This document shows positions 28,657 to 39,694 of a stretch of 64,000 bases of DNA, in pieces. Position numbers and translations under genes: made by a program. Numbering within the stretch: the stretch's first letter is position 1; each line of letters starts with the position of its first letter. The notes under the pieces were generated by a model, which was given only the letters and a program-made list of their open reading frames with translations, was not told the DNA's origin and did not search any database. Where the stretch lies: assembly GCF_034090745.1 (NCBI RefSeq), contig NZ_JAXDRZ010000008.1. One strand, 5' to 3'. This DNA comes from Blautia sp. (GTDB taxonomy: Bacteria; Bacillota; Clostridia; Lachnospirales; Lachnospiraceae).

Positions 28657-28958
28657 GAAAATAGAGAGTTCAAAATATATTTGTCTGCGTGGTTCTGGCA
28701 ACAAACAGAATTTTGGCGAAAGTTTTCTGAATTAATAAAAAAACAGGCTTGAAAGCTGGAACATACGTTTGTATAATGGAAACAGATACAAAAAACACTC
28801 TGAAAACGGTGCTGGGACACAGGGAAACACGAGAGGATGTATAGACTTGATGCAGATACCTATGCTATAATGAGGCACGAATGCCATGAAAACATGGCTG
28901 TTGTGACGGAGAGAACAGCAGCGAAATATATAGTAAATAAGAGGAGGAAGACTGCGGA

Positions 28959-30767
28959 ATGACAGATCAGAGCAAGATTCGAAATTTCTGCATTATTGCA
29001 CATATCGACCACGGTAAGTCCACACTGGCTGACCGTATTATTGAAAAAACAGGACTTCTGACCCAGAGGGAGATGCAGTCCCAGATCCTGGATAATATGG
29101 ATCTGGAGCGGGAGCGTGGGATCACGATAAAATCTCAGGCGGTTCGTATCGTATACAGAGCAAATGATGGGGAAGAATATATTTTTAACCTGATCGATAC
29201 CCCCGGACATGTGGATTTTAATTATGAGGTGTCCAGGAGTCTTGCCGCCTGTGACGGTGCGATCCTTGTTGTAGATGCTGCTCAGGGAATTGAGGCTCAG
29301 ACTCTGGCAAATGTATATCTGGCTTTGGAACATAACCTTGATGTACTTCCTGTGATCAACAAGATTGATCTTCCAAGTGCGGAGCCGGATCGTGTGATCA
29401 ATGAGATTGAGGATGTGATCGGGCTGGAAGCACAGGATGCACCACAGATCTCAGCTAAGACAGGTTTAAATATCGAAGATGTACTGGAACAGATCGTGGA
29501 GAAGATACCGGCACCTAATGGAAATCCGGATGCTCCTCTGAAAGCTTTGATCTTTGATTCCATTTATGACTCCTATAAAGGTGTTATCGTATTCTGCAGG
29601 CTGATGGACGGAAGGGTAAAAAAAGGAACTACCGTTAAGATGATGGCTACTGGCTTTACCGCAGAAGTGGTGGAAGTAGGATATTTTGGCGCAGGACGTT
29701 TTATCCCATGTGATGAGCTGAGCGCAGGTATGGTAGGGTACTTTACAGCAAGTATCAAAAATGTCAGTGATACCCGTGTAGGTGATACAGTGACGGATGT
29801 GGCAAATCCATGTGCAGAAGCTCTTCCGGGCTATAAAAAAGTACAGCCTATGGTCTACTGTGGACTTTACCCGGCGGATGGAGCAAAATACGGAGATCTT
29901 AGAGATGCTCTGGAAAAGCTGCAGCTGAACGATGCCTCTCTTTTCTATGAGCCGGAGACGTCAGTGGCTCTTGGATTTGGCTTCCGCTGTGGTTTCCTGG
30001 GACTCCTCCATCTGGAGATCATTCAGGAAAGACTGGAAAGAGAGTATAATCTTGATCTTGTAACAACAGCTCCTGGCGTTATTTATAAAGTGTATAAAAC
30101 AAATGGAGATATGATCGAACTTACAAACCCGTCTAATCTGCCGGATCCTTCTGAAATCGAATATATGGAGGAGCCTATGGTTAATGCAGAGATCATGGTG
30201 ACTACAGAGTTTATCGGTGCGATCATGGATCTTTGCCAGGAACGCCGCGGACAGTATATCGGTATGGATTATATGGAAGAAACCCGTGCTCTTCTGAAAT
30301 ATAAGCTTCCTCTTAATGAGATTATTTATGACTTTTTTGATGCCCTTAAATCACGTTCCAGAGGCTATGCTTCTCTGGACTATGATCTTTGCGGCTATGA
30401 ACGCAGTGAACTTGTCAAACTGGATATCCTTGTAAACAAGGAAGAAGTAGATGCGCTTTCCTTTATTGTACATGCAGAAACTGCCTATGAGAGAGGGCGG
30501 AAGATGTGCGAGAAGCTGAAAGAGGAAATTCCCAGACAGCTTTTTGAGATCCCTATACAGGCAGCAGTGGGAAGCAAGATCATTGCCAGAGAGACTGTCA
30601 GAGCCATGCGCAAGGACGTACTTGCCAAGTGTTATGGCGGTGATATCAGCCGTAAGAAGAAGCTTCTTGAAAAACAGAAAGAAGGTAAAAAACGTATGCG
30701 CCAGGTCGGAAATGTAGAGATTCCGCAGAAGGCATTTATGAGTGTTCTTAAACTTGATGAAAAGTAA
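28959..30767 (+). CDS. lepA: Translation elongation factor 4
   Basis: [33 protein letters not shown] and [14 protein letters not shown] motifs. Confidence 0.98.
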   Translation: MTDQSKIRNFCIIAHIDHGKSTLADRIIEKTGLLTQREMQSQILDNMDLERERGITIKSQAVRIVYRANDGEEYIFNLIDTPGHVDFNYEVSRSLAACDGAILVVDAAQGIEAQTLANVYLALEHNLDVLPVINKIDLPSAEPDRVINEIEDVIGLEAQDAPQISAKTGLNIEDVLEQIVEKIPAPNGNPDAPLKALIFDSIYDSYKGVIVFCRLMDGRVKKGTTVKMMATGFTAEVVEVGYFGAGRFIPCDELSAGMVGYFTASIKNVSDTRVGDTVTDVANPCAEALPGYKKVQPMVYCGLYPADGAKYGDLRDALEKLQLNDASLFYEPETSVALGFGFRCGFLGLLHLEIIQERLEREYNLDLVTTAPGVIYKVYKTNGDMIELTNPSNLPDPSEIEYMEEPMVNAEIMVTTEFIGAIMDLCQERRGQYIGMDYMEETRALLKYKLPLNEIIYDFFDALKSRSRGYASLDYDLCGYERSELVKLDILVNKEEVDALSFIVHAETAYERGRKMCEKLKEEIPRQLFEIPIQAAVGSKIIARETVRAMRKDVLAKCYGGDISRKKKLLEKQKEGKKRMRQVGNVEIPQKAFMSVLKLDEK

Positions 30768-30798
30768 GCAGTCCCTGATGGATAAAGAAGGTAAAAAA

Positions 30799-31053
30799 AT
30801 GAAAAAAATCACAGCAAAAAAAATCACAGTCCTTTCCGTTTTGTTTCTTTGTGTTTTTTTGTCCGGCTGCGGCTGTGGAAAGAAGAAAAAAGACCCGGCA
30901 GGAGAGCAGGTTCTGAAGATCAGTATTACACCGGAGCCTTCTCCTACGCCTAAGCCGGAAGAGGTAAATCAGGATGCTGTAGTAACAAATGGAAATATTA
31001 CGATGGTAAATGAATATCTGACAAAGCAGGGAAGAAGTACAGATGAGGAATAA
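30799..31053 (+). CDS. Small hypothetical lipoprotein (84 aa)
   Basis: Basic n-region, hydrophobic h-region, lipobox LSGC and a Pro-rich TPEPSPTPKP segment; overlaps the hemW start. Confidence 0.65.
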   Translation: MKKITAKKITVLSVLFLCVFLSGCGCGKKKKDPAGEQVLKISITPEPSPTPKPEEVNQDAVVTNGNITMVNEYLTKQGRSTDEE

Positions 31054-32200
31054 AGAAAGAATCCCTTTGGAGTTATATGTCCATATACCTTTCTGTGTGA
31101 GAAAATGCGAGTACTGTGATTTCCTTTCCGGACCGGCAGGAAAGGAGACACAGAAATCATATGTGCAGGCTCTTTTAAAGGAAATACAGGGAAGTGAGGA
31201 TGCTCCCGACCGGGAAATCGTTTCAGTATTTATTGGAGGAGGAACGCCGTCTCTGTTGGATGCATCAGACATCAGTGAGATCATGAAGATGCTAAAAGAG
31301 AAATTTGTTTTTTCTGATCATGCAGAGGTTACCATTGAAGCGAATCCGGGAACCCTGACTCTGCAGAAACTGGAGACTTACAGAGAATCCGGGATCAACA
31401 GGTTGAGTCTGGGGCTTCAGTCTGTGAATAATGATGAACTTCGTATGTTGGGAAGAATCCATGACTTTGAGGAATTTCTGGAGAGTTATACGCTTGCACG
31501 CAAGGCGGGATTTGACAATATCAATGTGGATCTTATGTTTGCAATTCCCGGTCAGTCCAGAAAAGGATGGGAACATAATCTCAGAACAGTAGCTGAGCTT
31601 CAGCCGGAGCATATTTCTGCCTACAGTCTGATCATAGAGGAAGGAACACCTTTTGCAGAAAAAGAACTGGATCTTCCGGATGAGGATACAGAATATGAAA
31701 TGTATGAGGATACGTCCAGAATCCTTCAGGAGTATGGATATGCTCAGTATGAGATATCGAATTATGCCAGAGACGGCTATATATGCGCACATAATTCCGG
31801 CTATTGGAAACGGACAGAGTATCTGGGGCTGGGACTTGGTGCAGCCTCTCTGATGCCGTGGAAAGGCGGCAGAGCCGGACTCCGATTTCATAATACAGAG
31901 AATATGCAGGAGTATCTGCAGTGGAGCGGCTGTCCGGAAAAAATACGAAAGAATGAGATTCTGCTGTCTGTAAAAGAACAGGAGGAGGAATTTATGTTCC
32001 TGGGACTTCGGATGACAGCAGGTGTATCTGAAACTGAATTTTATAAAAATTTTAAGGTCCCTATAGAAGAAGTTTATGGAGAAGTGCTGGAAAAATACAG
32101 ATCTATGGGACTTATGGAAAAAAATAAGGACTTCTGGCGATTCACCCGTCAGGGGATCCATGTGAGTAACCAGATCCTGGCAGATTTTCTGCAGGATTGA
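31043..32200 (+). CDS. hemW: Radical SAM heme chaperone HemW
   Basis: YVHIPFCVRKCEYCDF, GGGTPS and HNSGYW motifs; follows lepA. Confidence 0.92.
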   Translation: MRNKERIPLELYVHIPFCVRKCEYCDFLSGPAGKETQKSYVQALLKEIQGSEDAPDREIVSVFIGGGTPSLLDASDISEIMKMLKEKFVFSDHAEVTIEANPGTLTLQKLETYRESGINRLSLGLQSVNNDELRMLGRIHDFEEFLESYTLARKAGFDNINVDLMFAIPGQSRKGWEHNLRTVAELQPEHISAYSLIIEEGTPFAEKELDLPDEDTEYEMYEDTSRILQEYGYAQYEISNYARDGYICAHNSGYWKRTEYLGLGLGAASLMPWKGGRAGLRFHNTENMQEYLQWSGCPEKIRKNEILLSVKEQEEEFMFLGLRMTAGVSETEFYKNFKVPIEEVYGEVLEKYRSMGLMEKNKDFWRFTRQGIHVSNQILADFLQD

Positions 32201-32226
32201 TGTGATCTGATATACAGGAAAGAAAA

Positions 32227-35079
32227 ATGGAGGGACAAATGGCTGAACATAACACTGGAAAAAAGTTTATCAAGATCCGTGGAGCAAATGTAAATAATCT
32301 GAAAAATCTGAGTGTAGATATTCCAAGGGATGAATTTGTAGTTCTCACAGGTGTCAGCGGATCTGGTAAATCTTCTCTGGCATTTGACACGATCTATGCA
32401 GAGGGACAGAGACGTTACATGGAATCCCTCTCTTCGTATGCGAGACAGTTTCTTGGCCAGATGGAAAAACCGGATGTGGAGATGATCGAAGGACTTCCTC
32501 CCGCAATCTCCATTGACCAGAAATCTACCAACCGCAATCCGCGTTCTACTGTAGGTACAGTAACAGAAATTTATGATTATATGCGTCTTTTATATGCCCG
32601 GATCGGAATCCCGCACTGTCCGAAATGTGGGAAAGAGATCAAAAAGCAGACGGTGGATCAGATGGTGGATCATATTATGGCTCTTCCTGAACGCACAAGG
32701 ATACAGCTGCTTGCTCCGGTAGTCAGAGGGCGCAAAGGAACGCATGCAAAGCTTCTTGACCATGCCAAAAGAAGCGGATATGTCCGTGTGCAGATTGATG
32801 GAAGCCTGTATGAATTATCAGAAGAGATCAAACTGGATAAAAATATCAAACATAATATAGAAATCATTGTTGACCGTCTGGTGGTAAAGCCGGGAATCGA
32901 GAAGAGACTGGCAGATTCTATTGAGACGGTCCTTGACCTTGCAGACGGTCTTCTGATGGTCGATACAATGGATGGAAATGTTCTGACTTTCAGCCAGAGT
33001 TTTTCCTGTCCGGATTGTCAGATCAGCATTGACGAGATTGAGCCGAGAAGCTTTTCCTTTAATAATCCTTTTGGAGCCTGCCCGGATTGTTTTGGTCTGG
33101 GGTATAAAATGGAATTTGATGAGGATCTGATGATACCTGACAAATCCCTGAGCATCCAGCAGGGAGCTATAGCAGTGATCGGATGGCAGTCCTGTACTGA
33201 TAAGGGAAGTTTTACCAGAGCAATCCTGGATGCCCTTGCAAAAGAATATCAGTTCAGTCTGGACACCCCTTTTCAGGATTATCCTCAGAAGATTAAGGAT
33301 GTGCTGCTCCATGGCACAGACGGACATTCTGTAAAGGTTTATTATAAAGGTCAGAGAGGCGAAGGAGTCTATGACGTGGCGTTTCCTGGACTGATCAAAA
33401 ATGTGGAACAGAGATACCGGGAAACCGGATCAGATGCCATGAAACAGGAGTATGAATCTTTTATGCGGATCACTCCCTGTAAAACATGTAAAGGACAGCG
33501 TTTAAAAAAGGAAGCGCTGGCAGTAACTGTCGGTGATAAGAATATTTATGAGCTGACAGCTCTTTCCATAGAAAATCTGAAAAAATTTCTTGAAGAACTG
33601 AAACTGACTGAGCAGCAGGAACTGATCGGCAGACAGATCCTGAAGGAGATTCGTGCCAGAGTAGGATTTCTTGCGGAGGTAGGACTTGATTATCTTTCTC
33701 TTGGAAGAGCAACATCTACACTGTCCGGTGGAGAGGCTCAGAGGATACGTCTTGCAACGCAGATTGGCTCCGGTCTGGTAGGGGTAGCCTATATCCTGGA
33801 TGAACCCAGTATCGGACTTCATCAGAGAGATAATGACAAACTGCTGAAAGCGCTGATGCGTCTGAGAGATCTTGGAAACAGTCTTATTGTAGTGGAACAT
33901 GACGAAGATACTATGCGTGCGGCAGACTGCGTGGTGGATATCGGACCGGGAGCCGGAGAACACGGTGGAAAACTTGTCGCCATGGGAACTGCAGAGGATC
34001 TGATGAAAAATGAAGCGTCCATTACAGGCGCTTATCTCAGCGGAAAATGCAGTATTCCAGTACCGTCAGAGAGAAAGAAGCCCTCAGGGTGGCTGAAGAT
34101 CCGGGGCGCCTCAGAAAATAATCTGAAGAATGTAAATGTGGATATCCCTCTGGGGATCATGACCTGTATTACAGGTGTCAGCGGATCGGGAAAAAGCTCC
34201 CTGATCAATGAAGTTCTTTATAAAACTTTGGCAAGGGATCTGAACCGTGCAAGGATCATTCCGGGAAAACATAAAGAGATACTGGGGCTGGATGCGCTGG
34301 ATAAGGTGATCAGTATCGACCAGTCGCCAATAGGCAGGACGCCCAGATCGAATCCTGCCACATATACAGGTGTCTTTGATCAGATAAGAGATCTCTTTGC
34401 ATCTACAGCAGATGCAAAGGCCCGGGGATATAAAAAAGGCCGGTTCAGCTTTAATGTAAAAGGCGGAAGATGTGAGGCCTGCAGCGGCGACGGGATCATC
34501 AAGATCGAAATGCACTTTTTGTCGGATGTCTATGTTCCCTGTGAAGTATGTAAGGGGAAACGATATAATCGTGAAACTCTTGAAGTAAAATATAAAGACA
34601 AAAATATATATGATGTTCTGAATATGACAGTGGAAGAAGCACTTACATTTTTTGAAAATATTCCTTCTATCCGCAGAAAGATCCAGACACTTTATGATGT
34701 GGGGCTTTCCTATATCCGTCTGGGACAGCCCTCTACAGAACTTTCCGGCGGAGAAGCACAGCGTATCAAGCTTGCCTCAGAGCTGAGCCGGAGAAGTACC
34801 GGAAAGACCATTTATATTCTGGATGAACCTACAACAGGTCTTCATTTTGCAGATGTCCATAAACTGGTGGATATTCTGAAACGGCTGGCAGAGGGAGGCA
34901 ACACTGTGGTTGTGATCGAACATAACCTTGATGTGATCAAAACCGCGGATTATATTATAGATATGGGACCGGAAGGCGGAGACAGAGGAGGCACGGTTAT
35001 TGCCCGGGGAACACCGGAGGAGATCGCAAAGGCAGCGGAATCCTATACTGGTCAGTATGTGGCAAAATATCTGAAATAA
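32227..35079 (+). CDS. uvrA: Excinuclease ABC subunit A
   Basis: Two ABC domains (GVSGSGKSS twice, LSGGEAQRI twice) and zinc fingers. Confidence 0.98.
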   Translation: MEGQMAEHNTGKKFIKIRGANVNNLKNLSVDIPRDEFVVLTGVSGSGKSSLAFDTIYAEGQRRYMESLSSYARQFLGQMEKPDVEMIEGLPPAISIDQKSTNRNPRSTVGTVTEIYDYMRLLYARIGIPHCPKCGKEIKKQTVDQMVDHIMALPERTRIQLLAPVVRGRKGTHAKLLDHAKRSGYVRVQIDGSLYELSEEIKLDKNIKHNIEIIVDRLVVKPGIEKRLADSIETVLDLADGLLMVDTMDGNVLTFSQSFSCPDCQISIDEIEPRSFSFNNPFGACPDCFGLGYKMEFDEDLMIPDKSLSIQQGAIAVIGWQSCTDKGSFTRAILDALAKEYQFSLDTPFQDYPQKIKDVLLHGTDGHSVKVYYKGQRGEGVYDVAFPGLIKNVEQRYRETGSDAMKQEYESFMRITPCKTCKGQRLKKEALAVTVGDKNIYELTALSIENLKKFLEELKLTEQQELIGRQILKEIRARVGFLAEVGLDYLSLGRATSTLSGGEAQRIRLATQIGSGLVGVAYILDEPSIGLHQRDNDKLLKALMRLRDLGNSLIVVEHDEDTMRAADCVVDIGPGAGEHGGKLVAMGTAEDLMKNEASITGAYLSGKCSIPVPSERKKPSGWLKIRGASENNLKNVNVDIPLGIMTCITGVSGSGKSSLINEVLYKTLARDLNRARIIPGKHKEILGLDALDKVISIDQSPIGRTPRSNPATYTGVFDQIRDLFASTADAKARGYKKGRFSFNVKGGRCEACSGDGIIKIEMHFLSDVYVPCEVCKGKRYNRETLEVKYKDKNIYDVLNMTVEEALTFFENIPSIRRKIQTLYDVGLSYIRLGQPSTELSGGEAQRIKLASELSRRSTGKTIYILDEPTTGLHFADVHKLVDILKRLAEGGNTVVVIEHNLDVIKTADYIIDMGPEGGDRGGTVIARGTPEEIAKAAESYTGQYVAKYLK

Positions 35080-35150
35080 CAGAACAAACATGAAAATAGA
35101 TTTTTCTGCAGATATCGGAATGGCAGAAGACGATCGGAAAGGAGGGCGTT

Positions 35151-36140
35151 ATGCCTGCAAGTGATATTGGTATCGACCTGGGGACAAAGAACTGCCTGGT
35201 TTATTCTACAGGGAAGGGACTTGTGCTTCAGGAACCTTCTATAGTGGTATATGATAAGGATACGGAAAAAATCAGAGCCATAGGTGAGGAGGCCCGCCAG
35301 ATGGCCGGTCATGTGACTTCCAACATGGAAGTGATACGTCCGATCCGTCAGGGCGTAATTGTTGACTTTAATGTTACAGAAAAAATGTTGAAGTATTTTA
35401 TCACCAAGGCAATGGGAAGCCGGGCTTTTCGAAAACCCCGCATCAGCATCTGCGTTCCAAGCGGAATTACAGAAATTGAAAGAAAAGCAGTAGAAGAGGT
35501 TACTTATCAGGCAGGTGCCCGTCAGGTATTCCTTGTGGAAGAGCCTATTGCAGGGGCTATCGGTTCCGGCGTGGATGTGACAAAGCCCTTTGGAAATCTG
35601 ATCGTGGATATTGGAGGCGGTACAACAGATGTGGCAGTGATCTCTCTTGGAGGCGTTGTTGTTTCTGCTTCTGTAAAAGTAGCAGGAGATGCATTTGATC
35701 AGGCAATCCTGGAGTATGTCCGCAAGACACACAGTCTTTTTATCGGCGAGGATATGGCGGAAGAGATCAAGATCAAGATCGGCACAGCTGTGGAGGAGGC
35801 CAATCCTCAGGTGATGGAGGTAAAAGGCAGAAATATCATGACCGGACTTCCGAAGCAGATTAAACTGACTTCTGAGGAAGTACGGGCAGCACTGAGAGAT
35901 GCAACCGGGCAGATCGTGGAAGCGGTACATGGAGTTCTGGAAAAAACACCTCCGGAACTGGCCGCTGATATTGTGGACAGAGGAATCGTTCTGACCGGAG
36001 GAGGCGCCCTTTTGAAAGGGATGGATGTACTGATAGAACAAAAAACAGGCGTAAATACTCTGACTGTACAGAATGCTATGAATGTGGTTGCAGTAGGGAC
36101 AGGAAAATACGCCGAGATCATGGCAAGAATGGATGAGTAG
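35151..36140 (+). CDS. MreB/Mbl-family rod shape-determining protein
   Basis: IGIDLGT, EPS, VDIGGGTTDVAV and LTGGGALL motifs; the paralogue identity is not determined. Confidence 0.9.
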   Translation: MPASDIGIDLGTKNCLVYSTGKGLVLQEPSIVVYDKDTEKIRAIGEEARQMAGHVTSNMEVIRPIRQGVIVDFNVTEKMLKYFITKAMGSRAFRKPRISICVPSGITEIERKAVEEVTYQAGARQVFLVEEPIAGAIGSGVDVTKPFGNLIVDIGGGTTDVAVISLGGVVVSASVKVAGDAFDQAILEYVRKTHSLFIGEDMAEEIKIKIGTAVEEANPQVMEVKGRNIMTGLPKQIKLTSEEVRAALRDATGQIVEAVHGVLEKTPPELAADIVDRGIVLTGGGALLKGMDVLIEQKTGVNTLTVQNAMNVVAVGTGKYAEIMARMDE

Positions 36141-38373
36141 TGATATGAGTGAATGTGTGACCGGATACATTGATCATGTTATCTTCAGAAATGAGGACAA
36201 TGGATATACGGTCTTTGTGATGAAAGGAGTGAAAGGTCAGGAGGAACTGACCTGTGTTGGAAATTTTCCGGTGCTCAGTCAGGGAGCCACTATAGAAGCA
36301 TCAGGAAGCTATATCAACCACCATATTTACGGGAAACAGTTCCAGATCACTTCTTTTGTAGAAAAAATGCCCGAGGATGCGCTGGCGATGGAGAGATATC
36401 TGGGATCCGGCGCCATCAAAGGCATCGGTGCGGCTCTTGCTGCCAGGATTGTCCGTCATTTCGGAGAAGATACCATGAGAATTGTGGAAGAGGAACCGGA
36501 ACGGCTGGCAGAGGTAAAAGGGATCAGTGAAAAAAAAGCGCGGGAGATCGCTGCACAGACTGCCGAAAAGGCAGATATGCGCAAAGCGATGATGTTCCTG
36601 CAGAAATATGGTATTTCATTAAATCTGGGTGCAAAGATCTATCAGAAATATGGAGATTCCGTATACAATGTTCTGCAGGAAAATCCATACCGTCTGGCAG
36701 ACGATATCAGTGGAGTGGGATTTAAGATCGCAGATGAGATCGCAGGAAGGATCGGTATCCATACAGATTCGGATTACAGAATCCGAAGCGGAATGATGTA
36801 TACTCTTTTACAGGCATCAGGAGAGGGTCATGTGTATCTTCCTCAGGAAGAATTGTTTGGACGTGCATCGGTGCTTCTGGGGGTAGACTCTTCTTACATG
36901 GAGAAACATCTGATGGATCTTGCAATGGAAAGAAAAGTCGTCCTGAAAGAAGAGGGGGACTCTGTTTTGGTCTATCCCAGCCGTTTCTATTATCTGGAAC
37001 TGAATACAGCCAGGATGCTGAAAGAATTGAATATTCTCTGCCCTGAGGATGAAGGGTTTGTTCAGCGGCGGATCAGCCAGATTGAAAAGGAAACAGGGAC
37101 TATCCTGGATGAAATGCAGAAAAAGGCAGTGACCGAGGCCGCCAGCCACGGTCTGTTTATTTTAACGGGAGGTCCGGGAACCGGAAAGACTACGACGATC
37201 AACGCTATTATCCGCTTTTTTGAAGGCGAGGGTGTTGAACTCCGTCTGGCAGCGCCCACAGGCCGGGCGGCTAAGCGTATGACGGAGGCAACCGGATACG
37301 AAGCACAGACCATCCACAGGATGTTGGAACTAAACGGTCTTCCGGAGGAAGAAAGAGAAGGACAGGCAGTCCATTTTGAAAGAAATGCAGAGAATCCTCT
37401 TGATGCAGATGTTATCATAATAGATGAGATGTCTATGGTAGACATCAATTTAATGCATTCGCTTCTTCTTGCAGTGACAGCAGGCACAAGGCTGATTCTT
37501 GTGGGAGATGAAAATCAGCTTCCCAGCGTAGGACCTGGAAACGTTCTGCGTGATATTATCCGAAGCAGAGAGTTCTCTGTGGTCGAACTGAAGAAAATTT
37601 TTCGCCAGGCATCAGAAAGTGATATTGTAGTCAATGCACATAAGATCAACAGGGGAGAACAGGTTACCCTCAGCAATAAAAGCAGGGATTTCTTTTTCCT
37701 TAAAAGACAGGATGCGGATATTATCATCCGGGTGGTGATAGCTTTGATCCAGGAAAAACTGCCACGATATGTAGAAGCAAAACCTTTTGACATCCAGGTA
37801 CTGACACCTATGAGAAAGGGACTTCTTGGAGTAGAACGTCTGAATCAGATCCTTCAGCGGTATCTGAACCCTCCGGATTCCTCTAAAAAAGAAAAAGAGC
37901 TGGGACAGGGGCTTTTTCGGGAGGGAGACAAGGTAATGCAGATCCGCAACAACTATCAGCTTGAATGGGAAATCAGAGGAAGATACGGAATTCCCGTTGA
38001 CAAGGGAGTTGGTGTTTTTAATGGCGATACCGGGATCCTGAAATCTATTAATGAATTTTCGGAGACGGCGGAAGTAGAATTTGAAGACGGACGATGTGCT
38101 GAATATTCTTTTAAACAGCTGGAGGAACTGGAACTTGCTTATGCAGTGACCATACATAAATCTCAGGGGTCGGAATATCCGGCAGTGGTGATTCCTCTTT
38201 TGTCCGGGCCAAGGATGCTTCTAAACAGGAATCTGCTTTATACTGCGGTGACCAGAGCGCGGAAATGCGTGACATTAGTAGGAAGCGAAGAAACATTTCG
38301 GGAAATGATCAAAAATGAAAAGCAGCAGAGACGCTACAGTTCTCTTGACGTGCGTCTGAAAGAGGAGCTGTAG
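36133..38373 (+). CDS. recD2: RecD2-like SF1 helicase
   Basis: N-terminal OB fold and HhH (IKGIG); GGPGTGKTT, APTGRAA, DEMSM, GDENQLPSVG and TIHKSQGSEY motifs. Confidence 0.93.
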   Translation: MSSDMSECVTGYIDHVIFRNEDNGYTVFVMKGVKGQEELTCVGNFPVLSQGATIEASGSYINHHIYGKQFQITSFVEKMPEDALAMERYLGSGAIKGIGAALAARIVRHFGEDTMRIVEEEPERLAEVKGISEKKAREIAAQTAEKADMRKAMMFLQKYGISLNLGAKIYQKYGDSVYNVLQENPYRLADDISGVGFKIADEIAGRIGIHTDSDYRIRSGMMYTLLQASGEGHVYLPQEELFGRASVLLGVDSSYMEKHLMDLAMERKVVLKEEGDSVLVYPSRFYYLELNTARMLKELNILCPEDEGFVQRRISQIEKETGTILDEMQKKAVTEAASHGLFILTGGPGTGKTTTINAIIRFFEGEGVELRLAAPTGRAAKRMTEATGYEAQTIHRMLELNGLPEEEREGQAVHFERNAENPLDADVIIIDEMSMVDINLMHSLLLAVTAGTRLILVGDENQLPSVGPGNVLRDIIRSREFSVVELKKIFRQASESDIVVNAHKINRGEQVTLSNKSRDFFFLKRQDADIIIRVVIALIQEKLPRYVEAKPFDIQVLTPMRKGLLGVERLNQILQRYLNPPDSSKKEKELGQGLFREGDKVMQIRNNYQLEWEIRGRYGIPVDKGVGVFNGDTGILKSINEFSETAEVEFEDGRCAEYSFKQLEELELAYAVTIHKSQGSEYPAVVIPLLSGPRMLLNRNLLYTAVTRARKCVTLVGSEETFREMIKNEKQQRRYSSLDVRLKEEL

Positions 38374-38405
38374 GATCCTTTTTCATCGGGGAGAAAGGAA
38401 ATTCA

Positions 38406-39113
38406 GTGAAAAAGCTTATTCATGTTTTTTTTAATGTTCTGTATCCCAGACATTGTCCGGTCTGTCACAGGATACTGAGAAATCAGGCGGATCTTGTATG
38501 TCCGGAATGTGAGGATGGATTCCGCAGAGTAGGCGGCCATTACTGCCTGAAGTGCGGAAAACCGGTAAAACCTCAGGAGGAATACTGCGCAGAATGCCGG
38601 GGGCGTAAAAGAAGCTTTGACAGAAACCGATCGGTATTTCTTTATGAGGGAAAGCTCCGGCAGTCTCTGGTACGATATAAATATTATGGCGCCAGGGAGT
38701 ATGGAGACTTTTATGGAGTATCCATCTGCAGGTATATAGGAGAAGAGATACGAAGGTGGAATCCGGATGTGCTGATCCCCATACCTCTTACTTCTGCAAA
38801 ACTGAGAATGAGAGGATTTAACCAGGCAGGATATATGGCAGACCGCATAGGAGAAAAACTGGAAATCCCGGTGTCCCATGATATTCTGAAAAAGATCCAC
38901 GAAACCAGGTCTCAGAAAAAACTGAATGCAGTGCAGCGCAAACAGAATCTGAAGGATGCCTTTTATGTAAAAGAGGATCTGCGAGGATTCACTGTGGCGG
39001 TAGTGGATGATGTATACACTACAGGGAGCACAATGGAAGCAGCGGCTTCATGCCTGAAAGCGGCAGGGGCTGAAAAGGTGTATTGTATTACACTATGTAC
39101 GGGGCAGGGATGA
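38406..39113 (+). CDS. comF: ComF(C)-family protein (double zinc ribbon plus PRTase fold)
   Basis: Four CxxC pairs; RGFNQA and VVDDVYTTGST motifs; GTG start. Confidence 0.9.
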   Translation: MKKLIHVFFNVLYPRHCPVCHRILRNQADLVCPECEDGFRRVGGHYCLKCGKPVKPQEEYCAECRGRKRSFDRNRSVFLYEGKLRQSLVRYKYYGAREYGDFYGVSICRYIGEEIRRWNPDVLIPIPLTSAKLRMRGFNQAGYMADRIGEKLEIPVSHDILKKIHETRSQKKLNAVQRKQNLKDAFYVKEDLRGFTVAVVDDVYTTGSTMEAAASCLKAAGAEKVYCITLCTGQG

Positions 39114-39259
39114 GAAAAACCATAAAAATACTTTTCATGCATAGTGATATATGATACAATTAAAGTACTATGAATAGCTGTGTCTGTTTGTGGAAAACAG
39201 ATATAGAGGAGAGTTCAGACAGGCTGTCTGAGAATGTATGTTTGATTGAGGAGCAGATT

Positions 39260-39694
39260 ATGATCAACGAGGAAAAGGTAAAGATAATGACAAAGATTGC
39301 CATGTATGAGCAGGGCAAAGGCAGGAAATACCTTCCGGTCAGCAAATATTACAGGAGTGATTATATTGGTCTGGCACTGATCAAGAATTTCTTTCTTGTA
39401 ACTATTGGGTACATCATGGCTGTTGCAGCTGTGGCCGTTTACTTTGGCGAATATCTGATGGAGAATCTTCATAAGATGAATCTGGTTTCTATGGGAGTCT
39501 ACATAATCGTTGGTTATGTGGCGGCACTTGTGGGATATTCTATCCTGACATATATACAGTATTCTGTGAAATATTATAAAGCGAAAAAAAGCGTGAAAGA
39601 ATATTACATACAGCTTACAGAATTAAGCAAGATTTATACACGGGAAGAAAAAAGAAGCGCTGGCAGAGGAACAGCAGGAGGTAATCGAAAATGA
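39260..39694 (+). CDS. Hypothetical membrane protein (2 TM)
   Basis: ATG at 39260 follows GAGGAG; two hydrophobic segments; 4-nt overlap with the next gene. Confidence 0.7.
   Translation: MINEEKVKIMTKIAMYEQGKGRKYLPVSKYYRSDYIGLALIKNFFLVTIGYIMAVAAVAVYFGEYLMENLHKMNLVSMGVYIIVGYVAALVGYSILTYIQYSVKYYKAKKSVKEYYIQLTELSKIYTREEKRSAGRGTAGGNRK

Noticed and set aside
27481-28704. 407-aa minus-strand ORF
   Set aside because: Antisense to spoIIP; Ile/Phe/Cys-rich composition typical of a shadow frame.
28657-28958. 300-nt spoIIP-lepA intergenic region, considered as an sRNA or leader RNA
   Set aside because: Only promoter-like TATAAT elements were seen; no T-box or riboswitch motif and no convincing stable structure.
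35052-36170. 372-aa minus-strand ORF
   Set aside because: Antisense to the mreB-like gene; no motifs.
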